A stretch of 53,171 nucleotides of DNA. Source: an uncultured Clostridia bacterium (GTDB lineage Bacteria > Bacillota > Clostridia > Oscillospirales > Oscillospiraceae). Shown one piece after another: positions 21,767-31,816 of the stretch; position 1 is the first letter of the stretch, and the number at the start of each line of letters is the position of its first letter. The stretch covers positions 1-53,171 of the forward strand of contig CAMAZB010000001.1 in the NCBI GenBank assembly GCA_945862785.1, written 5' to 3'. The translations under genes were made by a program, and so were the position numbers. The notes below the pieces were generated by a model. That model was given only the letters and a program-made list of their open reading frames with translations. It did no database searches and was not told the origin of the DNA.

Positions 21767-22504
21767 TCAGTCGTTGTCCCAGTTGTGCCAGACATTCTGC
21801 ACGTCGTCGGAATCCTCCAGCATGTCGATGAGCTTCTCCATGTTCTTCACGTCGCCCTCGGTGGTCAGAGTGATATAATTCTGGGGCACCATCTCGATGT
21901 CGGCGTTGACGAAGCTGTATCCCTTCTCCTCCAGGGCCTTCACCACATCGTTGAAGGCGTCGGGGTCGCAGGTAATCTCCAGAGCGGGGCCGTCGGCCTC
22001 GAAGTCGGCGGCGCCAGCCTCCAGCGCGTCCATCATGACGGCATCCTCGTCCAGCTCGCCCTCCTCGTTGTCGATGACGATGACGCCCTTCCGGTCGAAG
22101 GACCAGGACACGCAGCCCTGGGCGCCCAGATTGCCGTTGCACTTATCGAACGCGTGACGGACCTCGGGAGCGGTGCGCTGGCGGTTGTCGGTCAGAGCCT
22201 CCACGATGACAGCTACGCCGCCGGGGCCGTAGCCCTCATAGGTGACGGACTCGAAGTTCTCGGTGCTGCCGGCGCCCAGCGCCTTGTCGATGGTGCGCTT
22301 AATGTTGTCGTTGGGCATATTGACGGCCTTCGCCTTGGCGATGACGGTGGCCAGGCGGGAGTTGTTGGCGGGATCGCCGGAGCCGCCCCCTTCCTTGACA
22401 GCCACCAGGATCTCCTTGGCGATCTTGGTGAATGCGGCGGAGCGCTTGGCGTCCTGTGCGCCCTTGGTCTTCTGGATATTATGCCATTTAGAATGTCCGG
22501 ACAT
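21767..22504 (-). CDS. YebC/PmpR family protein
   Basis: MSGHSKW, YEGYGPGG, TDNRQRT, DDVQNVWHN. Confidence 0.95.
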   Translation of the reverse strand: MSGHSKWHNIQKTKGAQDAKRSAAFTKIAKEILVAVKEGGGSGDPANNSRLATVIAKAKAVNMPNDNIKRTIDKALGAGSTENFESVTYEGYGPGGVAVIVEALTDNRQRTAPEVRHAFDKCNGNLGAQGCVSWSFDRKGVIVIDNEEGELDEDAVMMDALEAGAADFEADGPALEITCDPDAFNDVVKALEEKGYSFVNADIEMVPQNYITLTTEGDVKNMEKLIDMLEDSDDVQNVWHNWDND

Positions 22505-22524
22505 GGTGAATATTCTCCTTTAAT

Positions 22525-23313
22525 TCAGTCTTTTACAATGTATTGGATGACTTCCCCATGGGAAGCCGCCTTGGAAACGGCCAGTTCAGGGAACCGCGCC
22601 GTCAAATACGAGATGATCTTCTTGCAGACCGGGTCCTCCGTGGGGAAATGGCCCGCGTCGATGAGGTTGATGCCCTTCCCTCTTGCGTCCAGGAAGGCGT
22701 GGTAGCTGAGGTCGGCGGTGACGAAGGTGTCGCACCCCGCCTGAATGGCCGCGCTCTCGTAGTCCCCGCAGGCGCCGCCGCCCACCGCCACCCGGCGGAC
22801 CGGCTTCCCGGCGTCCACAAAGCGGACACCGTTGGCGTCCAGCACCTTGCATACAAACGCGGCGAACTCCGCCAGGGGCATGGGAGCGGGCAGGGTGCCC
22901 ATGCGGCACAGCCCGTCCTCGTCGCCCAGAGGCCCAGGGTCGACCAGCTCCAGCGCTTCGGCCAGGCAGTCGTTGACCCCTCCCCTCGCAATATCCAGGT
23001 TGGTATGCATACAAACGGCGCTGACGCCGTGACGCAGCAGTTTTAGCAACAGGTGGCCCTGGGGCGTGTCGCTGCGGACGGTCTGCACCGGCAGCCACTT
23101 ACAGTTCATCACCGGGTGGTGGGCCACGATGAGCTGGCAGCCTGTTCCAATGGCCTCGTCGGCCACGGCTTCTGTAATATCCAGCGCCACCAGGACCTTT
23201 GTTACGTCCAGCTCCGGGTCTCCCAGAAGCTGGCCCACATTATCCCAGCTTATCGCCAGTTCCTCGGGCGCCAGGTCAAACAGCGCCTGTTCGATGTCAC
23301 GGACAGTTGGCAT
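22525..23313 (-). CDS. Nif3-like dinuclear metal centre protein
   Basis: WDNVG, AHHP, HTNLD, DAGHFPTE. Confidence 0.92.
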   Translation of the reverse strand: MPTVRDIEQALFDLAPEELAISWDNVGQLLGDPELDVTKVLVALDITEAVADEAIGTGCQLIVAHHPVMNCKWLPVQTVRSDTPQGHLLLKLLRHGVSAVCMHTNLDIARGGVNDCLAEALELVDPGPLGDEDGLCRMGTLPAPMPLAEFAAFVCKVLDANGVRFVDAGKPVRRVAVGGGACGDYESAAIQAGCDTFVTADLSYHAFLDARGKGINLIDAGHFPTEDPVCKKIISYLTARFPELAVSKAASHGEVIQYIVKD

Positions 23314-24004
23314 GACGCCACTCCTCTCTCATCGCCAGCAACGCGGTGAGGATGTCCCGCACCCTGTCGGCTTTTTTGCCGTCCTCTGGGCTGGCGGAGC
23401 GGTTCAGTCCCGCCACCGCGCCCTGCAGGCGGATAATTTTTTCGATAATGTACCGGTCGCCCAGGGGATCGTGCAGCAGCTTTGCGCCGCCCCAGAGCTG
23501 GCCCAGGGACAAAGTCATCTCCCCTGCTCCGGCCTCCAGTACCGGATAGATCGTACCGCGGTCATATACCAGGGCCTCCCGGCGGATGGCATAGCCATGC
23601 TCCATCAGGAAACGCCGCAACTCCTCCGCCCGGGTGTGGGGGGCGAGCAGCAGGGTGTGACGCCCGTCCGCCGTCCAGGGCGCCTCCGCCAGAATGGAGG
23701 CGATGTTCTCGCCGCCCATCCCCGCGATGACGATGGTCTCCGCCTCGTCGGCCCCAATGCCCGACAGGCCGTCTCCCAGCCGGTAGTCGATGCCGTCCGC
23801 GCCGTAGGCCCGGCCGGTCTCCTTCGCCCGCTCCAGGGGACCCTTCCGCAGATCACTGGCGATGGCGGAGCGCACCCGTCCGTGGAGCCGCAGCCACACT
23901 GGCAGGTGACCGTGATCCGTACCCACGTCAGCCAGGGACGTGCCCTGGGGCACCCACTGGGCCAACAGCGCCAGGCGGGGGGACAATTCCAGTTGTTTTG
24001 TCAT
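23297..24004 (-). CDS. trmK: tRNA (adenine-22-N1)-methyltransferase
   Basis: ADVGTDHGHLP, GDGL, IAGMGG; adjacent to nif3. Confidence 0.88.
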   Translation of the reverse strand: MTKQLELSPRLALLAQWVPQGTSLADVGTDHGHLPVWLRLHGRVRSAIASDLRKGPLERAKETGRAYGADGIDYRLGDGLSGIGADEAETIVIAGMGGENIASILAEAPWTADGRHTLLLAPHTRAEELRRFLMEHGYAIRREALVYDRGTIYPVLEAGAGEMTLSLGQLWGGAKLLHDPLGDRYIIEKIIRLQGAVAGLNRSASPEDGKKADRVRDILTALLAMREEWRHANCP

Positions 24005-24098
24005 GGTGACCCTCCCTTCCGCGCGCCGCGCCTGATGTCACAGGCGACAATCTGAGGACGCATACGGTGTCCCCGTATGCGTCCCGCGTTTTCTCAAC

Positions 24099-24305
24099 TT
24101 ACTGGGCCTTGTTGGCTTCCTCGTTCACCAGAGCCAGCAGCTTGTCCACATCCACGCCGTGGACCATGCAGGCCTCCTCCACGGTCTCGCCCCGGGAAGA
24201 GGGGCAGCCCAGGCAGTGCATGCCGATGGACAGGAAGATGGGCGCGGTCTGGGGAGCGATATCCAGGATATCACCAATGATGGTGTCCTTCGTAATGTTG
24301 ATCAT
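24099..24305 (-). CDS. DUF1858 domain protein
   Basis: ITKDTIIGD...GMHCLGCP...ETVEEACMVHG. Confidence 0.85.
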   Translation of the reverse strand: MINITKDTIIGDILDIAPQTAPIFLSIGMHCLGCPSSRGETVEEACMVHGVDVDKLLALVNEEANKAQ

Positions 24306-24471
24306 AGGTTCTGTTCCTCCAATCAAAAATTCACGGTGGTATTATACGCTATCCTACGGCTGAATTCAATAGAAAATCCAAGAAAATGCTGGCTTTTTCC
24401 ACAAAGATATGAAAAAGCGGCGTCCGCAATGGACGCCGCTCTTTGCAAGAGACAAAAACTGAAACGTTTTG

Positions 24472-24753
24472 TTATCTCTGCTGCTCGCGCATCTTGGCGA
24501 AGCACTCGCTGCAGTAAACAGGACGGTCAGACTTAGGCTCAAAGGGAACCTTGGCCTCGCCGCCGCAGGCAGCGCAGACAGCGGTGAAGTACTCGCGAGG
24601 GCCGCGGGCGGCATTCTTGCGAGCGTCACGGCAGGCCTTGCAGCGCTGGGGCTCGTTCTGGAAGCCGCGCTCAGCGTAGAACTCCTGCTCACCGGCGGTG
24701 AACACGAACTCCTGACCGCACTCTTTGCACACTAAAGTCTTGTCTTCGTACAT
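24472..24753 (-). CDS. Zinc-ribbon / CxxC-x17-CxxC domain protein
   Basis: DKTLVCKECG.EF.FTAGEQEFY...RCKACR...CAACG...PVYCSEC; terminator at 24411-24444. Confidence 0.88.
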   Translation of the reverse strand: MYEDKTLVCKECGQEFVFTAGEQEFYAERGFQNEPQRCKACRDARKNAARGPREYFTAVCAACGGEAKVPFEPKSDRPVYCSECFAKMREQQR

Positions 24754-24791
24754 GATTTTACCCTCTCTTTGAAAAGAAAAATATATTGCGT

Positions 24792-25433
24792 TCAGCTGTC
24801 GCTGAGATCGCCGGAAAGTAGGTGCTGTGCCACCTTGCGCCGGATGCGCTGCACAGCGTTGTCCACGGACTTTGGGGGCTTGCCGACAATGTCGGCGATT
24901 TCCCTGCACGAAAGGCCGTCTAAATAGTACCCCAAAATCTTCGCTTCAAATTCGGACAACTGTTTCCGGACAGCGGCTAAGAGGGCTGCTGTGTGTTCCC
25001 TGTCGATCAGGAAATCTTCGGGATCGCGCTGCGCCAAGCTACTGGTACCAGAGGTGTAGGAATTGCTGTCAAAGTCAGGAGTATTGAGAGAAATCGACTG
25101 ATTCAGCGCTTTGTGTTTATCCCGCGCCGAAGCACGGAGGACGGAATACAGCCGATTGCGTATACAAATCTCCGCGAAAGTCCGAAAGGACGCCGCCTTG
25201 TCGGGGGCGAATTCCCGGACCGCCTTGATGAGCGCCACCATTCCCTCCTGGGTCAAATCTTCGCTGTCCCCTCCCGCCAGGAAAAACGGACGGGCGCAGG
25301 TGCGGACCAGACGGGTATACCGGGTGACCAGAGTTTCCTCCGCCACGCGGTCACCGGCGGCAGCCATGGAGCACAAGGTCTCATCCGGCAGCTCCGCCAG
25401 GATCGGTGATAAATTCTCATCGAAATTGTACAT
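24792..25433 (-). CDS. sigH: RNA polymerase sigma-H-like factor
   Basis: FFLAGGDSEDLTQEG, SFRTFAEICI, KHKALN, KSVDNAVQRIRRK. Confidence 0.82.
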   Translation of the reverse strand: MYNFDENLSPILAELPDETLCSMAAAGDRVAEETLVTRYTRLVRTCARPFFLAGGDSEDLTQEGMVALIKAVREFAPDKAASFRTFAEICIRNRLYSVLRASARDKHKALNQSISLNTPDFDSNSYTSGTSSLAQRDPEDFLIDREHTAALLAAVRKQLSEFEAKILGYYLDGLSCREIADIVGKPPKSVDNAVQRIRRKVAQHLLSGDLSDS

Positions 25434-25590
25434 ATCGTATTATACCTGTCTATCTTATGAAATGTCAAGGAAATTATTGAATTTGCCCGGAATTTTTTTC
25501 AAAATCCCCTCATTTTTATGCCAACCTTACCAAAATCGTCTTTTCTCTTCCCTTCTTCACCGGGAAGGCCGCGCTTCACGGCGGAAAACA

Positions 25591-26652
25591 TCAGAGGGTG
25601 AGCTGCTCCATGGGGCTCTCCGGCACGGCTCCGCCGGGGATGGCCCGGTGCAGGTGCTGGTAGGCCTTCTGAGTCACGCACCGCCCCCGGGGCGTCCGGG
25701 TCAGGAAGCCCAGCTGCATCAGGTACGGCTCGTACACATCCTCCAGCGTCACGGACTCCTCGCCGATGGTGGCGGCCAGGGTCTCCAGGCCCACGGGGCC
25801 GCCGTTATAGTTGTCGATGATGGCGCCCAGCATCCGGCGGTCCACCGGGTCCAGGCCCAGATGGTCGATCTCCAGGGCGCACAGGGCCTCGTCCGCCACA
25901 TCCTTGCGGATGACGCCGTCGGCCTTCACCTGGGCGAAGTCCCGGACACGGCGGAGCATCCGGTTGGCGATACGGGGCGTGCCCCGGCTGCGGCGGGCGA
26001 TCTCATAGGCGCCCTCCGGGACAATGTCCACGTTCAGGATGCCCGCGCTTCGGGTCACGATCTTCGCCAGCTCCTCCGGGGTGTACAGCTCCAGCCGCAG
26101 CGTCACGCCGAAGCGGTCCCGCAGCGGCGCGGACAGCTGGCCCGCCCGGGTGGTGGCGCCGATGAGGGTGAATTTGGGCAGGTCCAGCCGGATGGAGTTG
26201 GCGGAAGGCCCCTTGCCCACGATGATGTCCAGGGCGTAATCCTCCATGGCGGGGTAGAGAATTTCCTCCACGGAGCGGTTCAGCCGGTGGATCTCGTCCA
26301 CGAACAGGATGTCGCCCTCGTTGAGGTTGGTCAGCAGCGCCGCCAGGTCGCCGGGCTTTTCGATGGCGGGGCCGGAGGTAATGCGGATGCCCGCCCCCAT
26401 CTCCTGGGCGATGATGCCCGCCAGGGTGGTTTTGCCCAGGCCCGGAGGGCCGTGGAGCAGGACGTGGTCCAGGGCCTCCTCCCGCTTCCGGGCGGCCTGG
26501 ATGAAGATCGCCAGGTTCTCCTTCGCCTTCTCCTGGCCGATGTACTCCGTCAGGGTCTTGGGGCGTAGGGAGCTTTCCTGGGCGTCCTCCGCCAGGAAGG
26601 TCTTGGCCACAATGGGCTCCTCGTAAATATCATTTCCAAAGTCGATGCTCAA
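25591..26652 (-). CDS. ruvB: Holliday junction branch-migration ATPase
   Basis: [31 protein letters not shown]. Confidence 0.97.
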   Translation of the reverse strand: MSIDFGNDIYEEPIVAKTFLAEDAQESSLRPKTLTEYIGQEKAKENLAIFIQAARKREEALDHVLLHGPPGLGKTTLAGIIAQEMGAGIRITSGPAIEKPGDLAALLTNLNEGDILFVDEIHRLNRSVEEILYPAMEDYALDIIVGKGPSANSIRLDLPKFTLIGATTRAGQLSAPLRDRFGVTLRLELYTPEELAKIVTRSAGILNVDIVPEGAYEIARRSRGTPRIANRMLRRVRDFAQVKADGVIRKDVADEALCALEIDHLGLDPVDRRMLGAIIDNYNGGPVGLETLAATIGEESVTLEDVYEPYLMQLGFLTRTPRGRCVTQKAYQHLHRAIPGGAVPESPMEQLTL

Positions 26653-26675
26653 AATGTCACTTCCTTATTTGGGCG

Positions 26676-26900
26676 TCATCTGCCGGGATGGAACATCACC
26701 CACATCAATAGCATATCTGCTGCGAAGGAGACAGCTAAAAATATCATCCAGCCCCGCAGCCATTCCACCAGTTCCCGCTTTCGTTTCTCTTCATCTTCGT
26801 ATAGCCCTTCTGCCTTGTCCCTTCGGTGCAGCTCTGCCAATTCCTGGAGCCTTGGAAGATAGCCCAGAAAAACCACGATCATCCCGAATAATGTTATCAC
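26676..26900 (-). CDS. Small two-TM hypothetical protein between ruvA and ruvB
   Basis: Start overlaps the ruvA stop; two hydrophobic segments around a charged loop; lower GC than flanks. Confidence 0.5.
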   Translation of the reverse strand: MITLFGMIVVFLGYLPRLQELAELHRRDKAEGLYEDEEKRKRELVEWLRGWMIFLAVSFAADMLLMWVMFHPGR

Positions 26901-27508
26901 GGCTTCACCATCTTCTTCAAACTCTGCCGGATAATTTCTTCAAGCGGCAGGTTCTCCACGTCCACGCCCTTCAGGGCCATCTGGACCTCCTGGCTGGAAT
27001 AACCCAGTACCGCCAGGGCCTGGGCGGCTTCTGTTGCCTTGCTGGTGAACAGCTGCGCCGCCGGGGCGCCCTTGCCGCCGGAGAAATCCAGTCCCCCGGC
27101 CGCCGACTCTTTCGCCATCTTGTCCTTCAGTTCCAGGATGATGCGCTGGGCGATCTTCTTGCCGATGCCCGGCGCCGCCGTCAGGGATTTTTCGTCTCCT
27201 GTGACGATGGCCATGGCCAGGCTCTCCGGCGTGCCGGAGGACAGGATGGCCAGGGCGGCCTTGGGCCCCACACCGGACACGCTGATGAGCAGCTTAAAAC
27301 TGTTCAGCTCGTTCTGGGTAGCGAAGCCATACAGCTCGAAGATGCCCTCGCCCACGTTCAGGTAGGTATACAGCTTTCCCCGCTGGCCCTTTTTCAGCGA
27401 CGCCAGGGTGTTGTTGGTGGTCTTGCAGGCGTAGCCCACGCCGCCGCAGTCGATGACCGCAAGATACGGCAGGATCTCCGCCACGGTGCCGTCCAGATAG
27501 TAAAACAT
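26897..27508 (-). CDS. ruvA: Holliday junction DNA-binding subunit
   Basis: GGVGY, LYGF, SGVGPK, PGIGKKIAQRIILELK, ALAVLGY. Confidence 0.96.
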   Translation of the reverse strand: MFYYLDGTVAEILPYLAVIDCGGVGYACKTTNNTLASLKKGQRGKLYTYLNVGEGIFELYGFATQNELNSFKLLISVSGVGPKAALAILSSGTPESLAMAIVTGDEKSLTAAPGIGKKIAQRIILELKDKMAKESAAGGLDFSGGKGAPAAQLFTSKATEAAQALAVLGYSSQEVQMALKGVDVENLPLEEIIRQSLKKMVKP

Positions 27509-27519
27509 ATCGTCTCTCC

Positions 27520-28029
27520 TTATACCGTCTCTTTCACATCCACCATCTGAGGCAGCCGTGAAGTAAAACTCCTTGCATGGCACAGGGCCAGAGCCAGTGC
27601 GTCCGCCGCGTCGTCCGGCCGGGGGACAGCCTTCAGCTTCAAAAGCCGCTTCGTCATGTCCATCACCTGGCGCTTCTCCGCCTTGCCGTAGCCCGTTACC
27701 GCCAGCTTCACTTGGGAGGGCGTGTACTCGTACAGCGGGATGCCGCACTTCTCGGCGGCGTACAGGATGACGCCCCGTCCGTGGGCCACGGCGATGCCGG
27801 TAGTGATGTTGGTGTTGAAGAACAGTTCCTCGATGGAGATGACGTCGGGCTTCAACTGCCCGATCAGGTCCTCCATGTCCGTGCCGATCTGGTACAGACG
27901 CCGGGAAAGGGGCAGGCCCGCCGGGGTGGTAATGGCTCCGTAGGTCACCATATGGACTTGTCCCCGGTCCGCCTCCACCAGGCCGAAGCCGATGGTGGCA
28001 AAGCCGGGGTCGATACCCAGGATACGCAT
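27520..28029 (-). CDS. ruvC: Crossover junction endodeoxyribonuclease
   Basis: ILGIDPG, EELFF, YTPSQVK, DDAADALA. Confidence 0.96.
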   Translation of the reverse strand: MRILGIDPGFATIGFGLVEADRGQVHMVTYGAITTPAGLPLSRRLYQIGTDMEDLIGQLKPDVISIEELFFNTNITTGIAVAHGRGVILYAAEKCGIPLYEYTPSQVKLAVTGYGKAEKRQVMDMTKRLLKLKAVPRPDDAADALALALCHARSFTSRLPQMVDVKETV

Positions 28030-28061
28030 GGTACGCCCCTTTCGATTCAGCATATATAAGT

Positions 28062-28113
28062 ATTATATCAAATCCGGGCCGGGAGTGCAACAGAGAAATC
28101 AGAACAGATGTAC
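28062..28113 (-). promoter_or_regulatory. SigA promoter of ruvCAB with an adjacent SOS-box-like site
   Basis: Minus strand TTGCAC-N17-TATAAT; GAAC-AGAT-GTAC at 28102-28113. Confidence 0.6.
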
Positions 28114-28149
28114 GAAAGAAGCGCCCGCCGTTTGGCGGGCGCTCAGAGG

Positions 28150-29511
28150 TTATTTGATGGGGATGGTGACAGGGGTGATCTCAGTGGTGGTGCGGGAATA
28201 GGTGGGCTGCAGCCAGACCACGTTCTCCTGATACCCCGGCAGGGGCATCATCTCCTCAAAGCAGCCGCTGTCGTCAGTGGTGGTGCCCCGACGGTTGGCC
28301 TCGTACTGGTTCCCCGCCTCGTCATAGAAGGTGGAGTACCAGACCTGGTGGGTGTGGTTTTCCTCCCGCTTCTTCACTCGGAAGGACAGAACCCAGCCGC
28401 CGTCCCGCTTTTCGGCGCTCCGGAAGGTGACGCCCTCCGGCAGCCTCTCCGCTGTCCGGTTCGCCAGGTCCACCCGGACCCGCTCCATGTCCTTGTCCAG
28501 CCACTCCGCCCCGGTGATGTGGAGGGTCAGATGCTCACTGTCGGCAAAGTATGGGCTCTCCAGCCGGAAAGAAACATAGGCAGGAGAATCCTCGCTGCCG
28601 CTGGCGGAGACACCGTTGGAGATGGGCTCAAACCGCTCTCCGTCCTCGTTTTCCAGATAGAATTCCAGGCCCTTCAGCCAGGCAGTGTTGGCCGGGTCGT
28701 CGGCCACGTTTACCCGTACGTGGGTGGGATAGACCTCCACCTCCGTCACCGTCAGGGACTGACCGTCCAGGTCAAAGGTTTGGTTGACGGGGACCATCTC
28801 ACCCTTGGCGGTAAACTCCGGGTCAAATTCCAAATCAAACGTGAACTCCGCCAGATAGTCCGGCTCCTCCTCTTCCACCGGCTCCAGCATTTCATCCTCG
28901 TAGGACTTTATGGGCGCTTCCGCCGGCCAGTCCGGCTCCACCCAGGTAGTGACGCCGAAGGTCATGGTGAAGCTGTCGGGCACATTGTTGTCACCGTAGT
29001 CCAGGGTGTAGTTCAGCAGGGTCCCGGGGGGCTGATTCCAGCTGCTGCCGATGGTGGAGCAGACCTGCTCCGGCTCATAGCGGGGCATCTCAGCGTTGAG
29101 GTTGTCGTAGTCATCCGAATCCAGGGTGAAAAAGATATTCAGCTGCTTCTGGTCCACGATGACGTACTCGACGGTGGCGGTGATGCCGTTCACCGTCTGG
29201 CTCTTCCCGATGGGCTGGACGTACTCATTTTCCACGGCGGCGGAGAGGGACGGCGACCAGGAAACGGCCTTCGCCAGTTCCCGCAGTACCGGGATATTCC
29301 CGCAGGCCCGGGCAAAGGGCACGGACAAGTTCACCAGCAGCACGAAACAGGCGAAACAGGCCGCAAGACTGCCGCAGAAAACGGCCCAGGCCCGCCGCTT
29401 TTTCCGTGAAGTGCTTTCCCTTTTCAGTGCTTTTTGCACAGTATTTCCCAGTTCTTTCGGGCTCTGCTCCAACTCCACCAGCAGGGCATGGTACTCCTCG
29501 TTCCGGTTCAT
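28150..29511 (-). CDS. DUF4179-type anti-sigma-factor-like membrane protein
   Basis: Short cytoplasmic N-terminus, TM helix, VNLSVPFARA..IPVL, AVENEYVQ; coupled to the ECF sigma gene. Confidence 0.78.
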   Translation of the reverse strand: MNRNEEYHALLVELEQSPKELGNTVQKALKRESTSRKKRRAWAVFCGSLAACFACFVLLVNLSVPFARACGNIPVLRELAKAVSWSPSLSAAVENEYVQPIGKSQTVNGITATVEYVIVDQKQLNIFFTLDSDDYDNLNAEMPRYEPEQVCSTIGSSWNQPPGTLLNYTLDYGDNNVPDSFTMTFGVTTWVEPDWPAEAPIKSYEDEMLEPVEEEEPDYLAEFTFDLEFDPEFTAKGEMVPVNQTFDLDGQSLTVTEVEVYPTHVRVNVADDPANTAWLKGLEFYLENEDGERFEPISNGVSASGSEDSPAYVSFRLESPYFADSEHLTLHITGAEWLDKDMERVRVDLANRTAERLPEGVTFRSAEKRDGGWVLSFRVKKREENHTHQVWYSTFYDEAGNQYEANRRGTTTDDSGCFEEMMPLPGYQENVVWLQPTYSRTTTEITPVTIPIK

Positions 29512-29981
29512 GCGTCTCCCTCCTCTCCCAGTTCCAGTCTCAACAGTGCCAGGGCTTTCCTCTGGCGGGTAGCCACTGTCCCCTGGGGAATGTCCAGGGC
29601 CCGGGCGGTCTCGGCCTGGGTGTACCCGGTGAAAAAGCGCAGGATGATGACAGCCCGCAGGTCCTCCGGCAGATGGCAGATTGCCTCTTTCAGCGGCAGG
29701 TGGTCGTACGCGTCCGGCCCGGCGGTATCCGGCAGCGGCGCATCTCCCGAAAACCGCTTCCGGCGGCGCAGCTCCGTGTGGCACTCGTTCAGCAGGATGC
29801 GGGTGAGCCAGGTCTCGAAGTATTCCGGCTGGCGCAGCTTCTTTAATGCCCGCAGGGCCTGATACACCGCCTCATCCACCGCCTCCAGGGCGTCGGCCTC
29901 GCTGCCCAGGTAGAGGTACGCGGTGCGGTACAGCCGCTGCCGGATCGCCTCTGTGCGGGCGGCAAATTCTTCATGGTCCAC
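29508..29981 (-). CDS. ECF sigma-70 factor (SigV-like)
   Basis: LYRTAYLYL...DALEAVDE, FETWLTRILLNEC, region 4 IPQGTVATR. Confidence 0.88.
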   Translation of the reverse strand: MDHEEFAARTEAIRQRLYRTAYLYLGSEADALEAVDEAVYQALRALKKLRQPEYFETWLTRILLNECHTELRRRKRFSGDAPLPDTAGPDAYDHLPLKEAICHLPEDLRAVIILRFFTGYTQAETARALDIPQGTVATRQRKALALLRLELGEEGDA

Positions 29982-30071
29982 GGCTCCCCCTCCTTTCTGT
30001 CTGTTAGAGTCTTTGAGGTAGGTTTTTGTTTTTGGGAAGCAAAGAATTTTTGCAAAAAATCAGCACAACAC

Positions 30072-30226
30072 AAAAAAAGTCCCGGCCAGGGCGTGTACCT
30101 GGACGGGACACCACTGCCCCTGGACAACCGTGGCCAGGGCCGCCTTTGCCGCGCAAAGGCGAGGGGGTTCAGTGGAGGCGGGCTCTGCCCGCCGGAACGT
30201 CTAAGGGGGACGCCAGTCCCCCTTGG
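30072..30226. repeat. Terminator plus a cluster of GC-rich REP-like hairpins
   Basis: GTCCCGGCCAGG/CCTGGACGGGAC after an A-run; CGCCTTTGC/GCAAAGGCG; GGCGGGC/GCCCGCC; AAGGGGGAC/GTCCCCCTT. Confidence 0.65.
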
Positions 30227-30228
30227 AG

Positions 30229-31116
30229 TTAAGCTCTCGGGTGCGCTTTTTGATAGACGTCTTTCAGCTGCCGCTTTACCACGTGGGTATAGATCTGCGT
30301 GGAGGAAATATCCGCGTGGCCCAGCATCTCCTGAATGGAGCGCAGGTCCGCGCCGTTTTCCAGCAGATGGACGGCAAAGGAGTGGCGGAGGGTGTGGGGC
30401 GTGATGTCCTTCTCGATACCAGCCTTCTCCTGATAGTGCTTGATGATCTTCCAGAAGCCCTGGCGGCTCATGCGCTCACCGTTCATGTTCACGAACAGGG
30501 CCGTCTCCCCGCTGTCGGCAATGAGCTGGGGCCGGATGTTCTTCACATAGTCGGTCAGGGCTTTCACGGCGGTGTGGTACAGGGGGATGATCCGCTCCTT
30601 GCCCCGGCTGGCGCAGCGGATGAAGCCCGCGGCCAGGTTCAGGTCATCCAGGTCCAGGGAGATCAGCTCGCTGACCCGGATGCCGGTGGCGTACAGCAGC
30701 TCCAGCATGGCGTGGTCCCGGAAACCCTTGGCGTCCACGCATTGGGGCTGCTCCAAAAACAGCTCCACTTCCTTGGAGGTCAATATCTCCGGGTATTTCC
30801 GCTCCACCTTGGCCGAAGCGATGCCCTTGGCGGGATTGACTGTTATGTCGCCCTGGGCGATCAGGAATTGATAAAAGGATTTGACCGAGGCCAGAAACCG
30901 GGTCACGGAGGCGGCGGACTTGCCGCGCCCCTGCATCCAGCTCATATAGCTCTGCACCATTTCGCCCGTGGCGTCCCGCAAAGAAACGTCCTCGTAATTC
31001 TGCAGATACTCCGCGAACTGGGTCACGTCCCTCAGATAGGAACTGATGGTGTTCTGGGAGGCGTGCTTCTCCTCCGCCAGATATGCGCCGTAGCGTTTGA
31101 TGTCATCTCTCTCCAG
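30229..31116 (-). CDS. xerD: Tyrosine recombinase XerD/RipX
   Basis: NTISSYLRD, TGIRVSEL, TPHTLRHSFA.HLLENGAD, LGHADISSTQIYTH; follows spoIIM; start uncertain (CTG after GGAGGAG). Confidence 0.88.
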   Translation of the reverse strand: MERDDIKRYGAYLAEEKHASQNTISSYLRDVTQFAEYLQNYEDVSLRDATGEMVQSYMSWMQGRGKSAASVTRFLASVKSFYQFLIAQGDITVNPAKGIASAKVERKYPEILTSKEVELFLEQPQCVDAKGFRDHAMLELLYATGIRVSELISLDLDDLNLAAGFIRCASRGKERIIPLYHTAVKALTDYVKNIRPQLIADSGETALFVNMNGERMSRQGFWKIIKHYQEKAGIEKDITPHTLRHSFAVHLLENGADLRSIQEMLGHADISSTQIYTHVVKRQLKDVYQKAHPRA

Positions 31117-31142
31117 GAGGATCTCCTCCCCTCTCTCAGCAT

Positions 31143-31769
31143 TCAAACAAACATATGCTCCAGCAGGAACCGCAGGATACGCGGCCCGCAGAGCAGGTCC
31201 ACACACAGAGCCAGCGCCAGCACCGCGCCGCAGACCGCCAGCCGGCGCCAGTACTCCCGGCCATAGGTCACAGCGGCCACCCGCCGTCCTCTCCCAAAGG
31301 ACAGACTGGCCAGGGCGCCGGAAGTCCCCAGGGCGGGGACAGCCAGCCAAAAATAGCAAGGCAGCGTCACCGCGCACCGCAGACCGAACACGCCGATGGC
31401 CAGCAGCACTCCGTCCGCCCCGAAAGCCGCTGTGAAGCAGCTCACGGAAAAGGACAGAAAAAAACCAAAAGCCACCGCGCTCAGCGGCAGCAGCAGCACG
31501 CCAATGGACGCGAAGCCCAGCAGAAACGCCAGCAGCGGATAACGTCCGTACAGCACCACCGCCGCCCACAGGGAGGCAGGCGTTGCCCCGCCGTCTCCGA
31601 GCGTCAGATAGTCTTTCAGATAGCAGCTCAGCTCCCGGCCCGTCTCATCCGGCACCCGGCCAGCAAGAACCTGTCCCAAACAGACGCCGCCGAAAAAACA
31701 GGCCGCCAGAAACAGCAGGCGCGGCAGAAATGAGGGCTGTCCGCCTTTGCTGCGCGTTTTCCACTTCAA
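31143..31769 (-). CDS. spoIIM: Stage II sporulation protein M-like membrane protein
   Basis: ~5 TM helices; spoIIM-xerD synteny; SigE promoter upstream. Confidence 0.7.
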   Translation of the reverse strand: MKWKTRSKGGQPSFLPRLLFLAACFFGGVCLGQVLAGRVPDETGRELSCYLKDYLTLGDGGATPASLWAAVVLYGRYPLLAFLLGFASIGVLLLPLSAVAFGFFLSFSVSCFTAAFGADGVLLAIGVFGLRCAVTLPCYFWLAVPALGTSGALASLSFGRGRRVAAVTYGREYWRRLAVCGAVLALALCVDLLCGPRILRFLLEHMFV

Positions 31770-31787
31770 ACCGCCTCACCTCGCTCC

Positions 31788-31816
31788 ATCCTATGTCCCG
31801 GGGCGGCGGTCTATGA
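31788..31816 (-). promoter_or_regulatory. SigE-type promoter of spoIIM
   Basis: Minus strand TCATAGA-N14-CATAGGAT. Confidence 0.7.
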
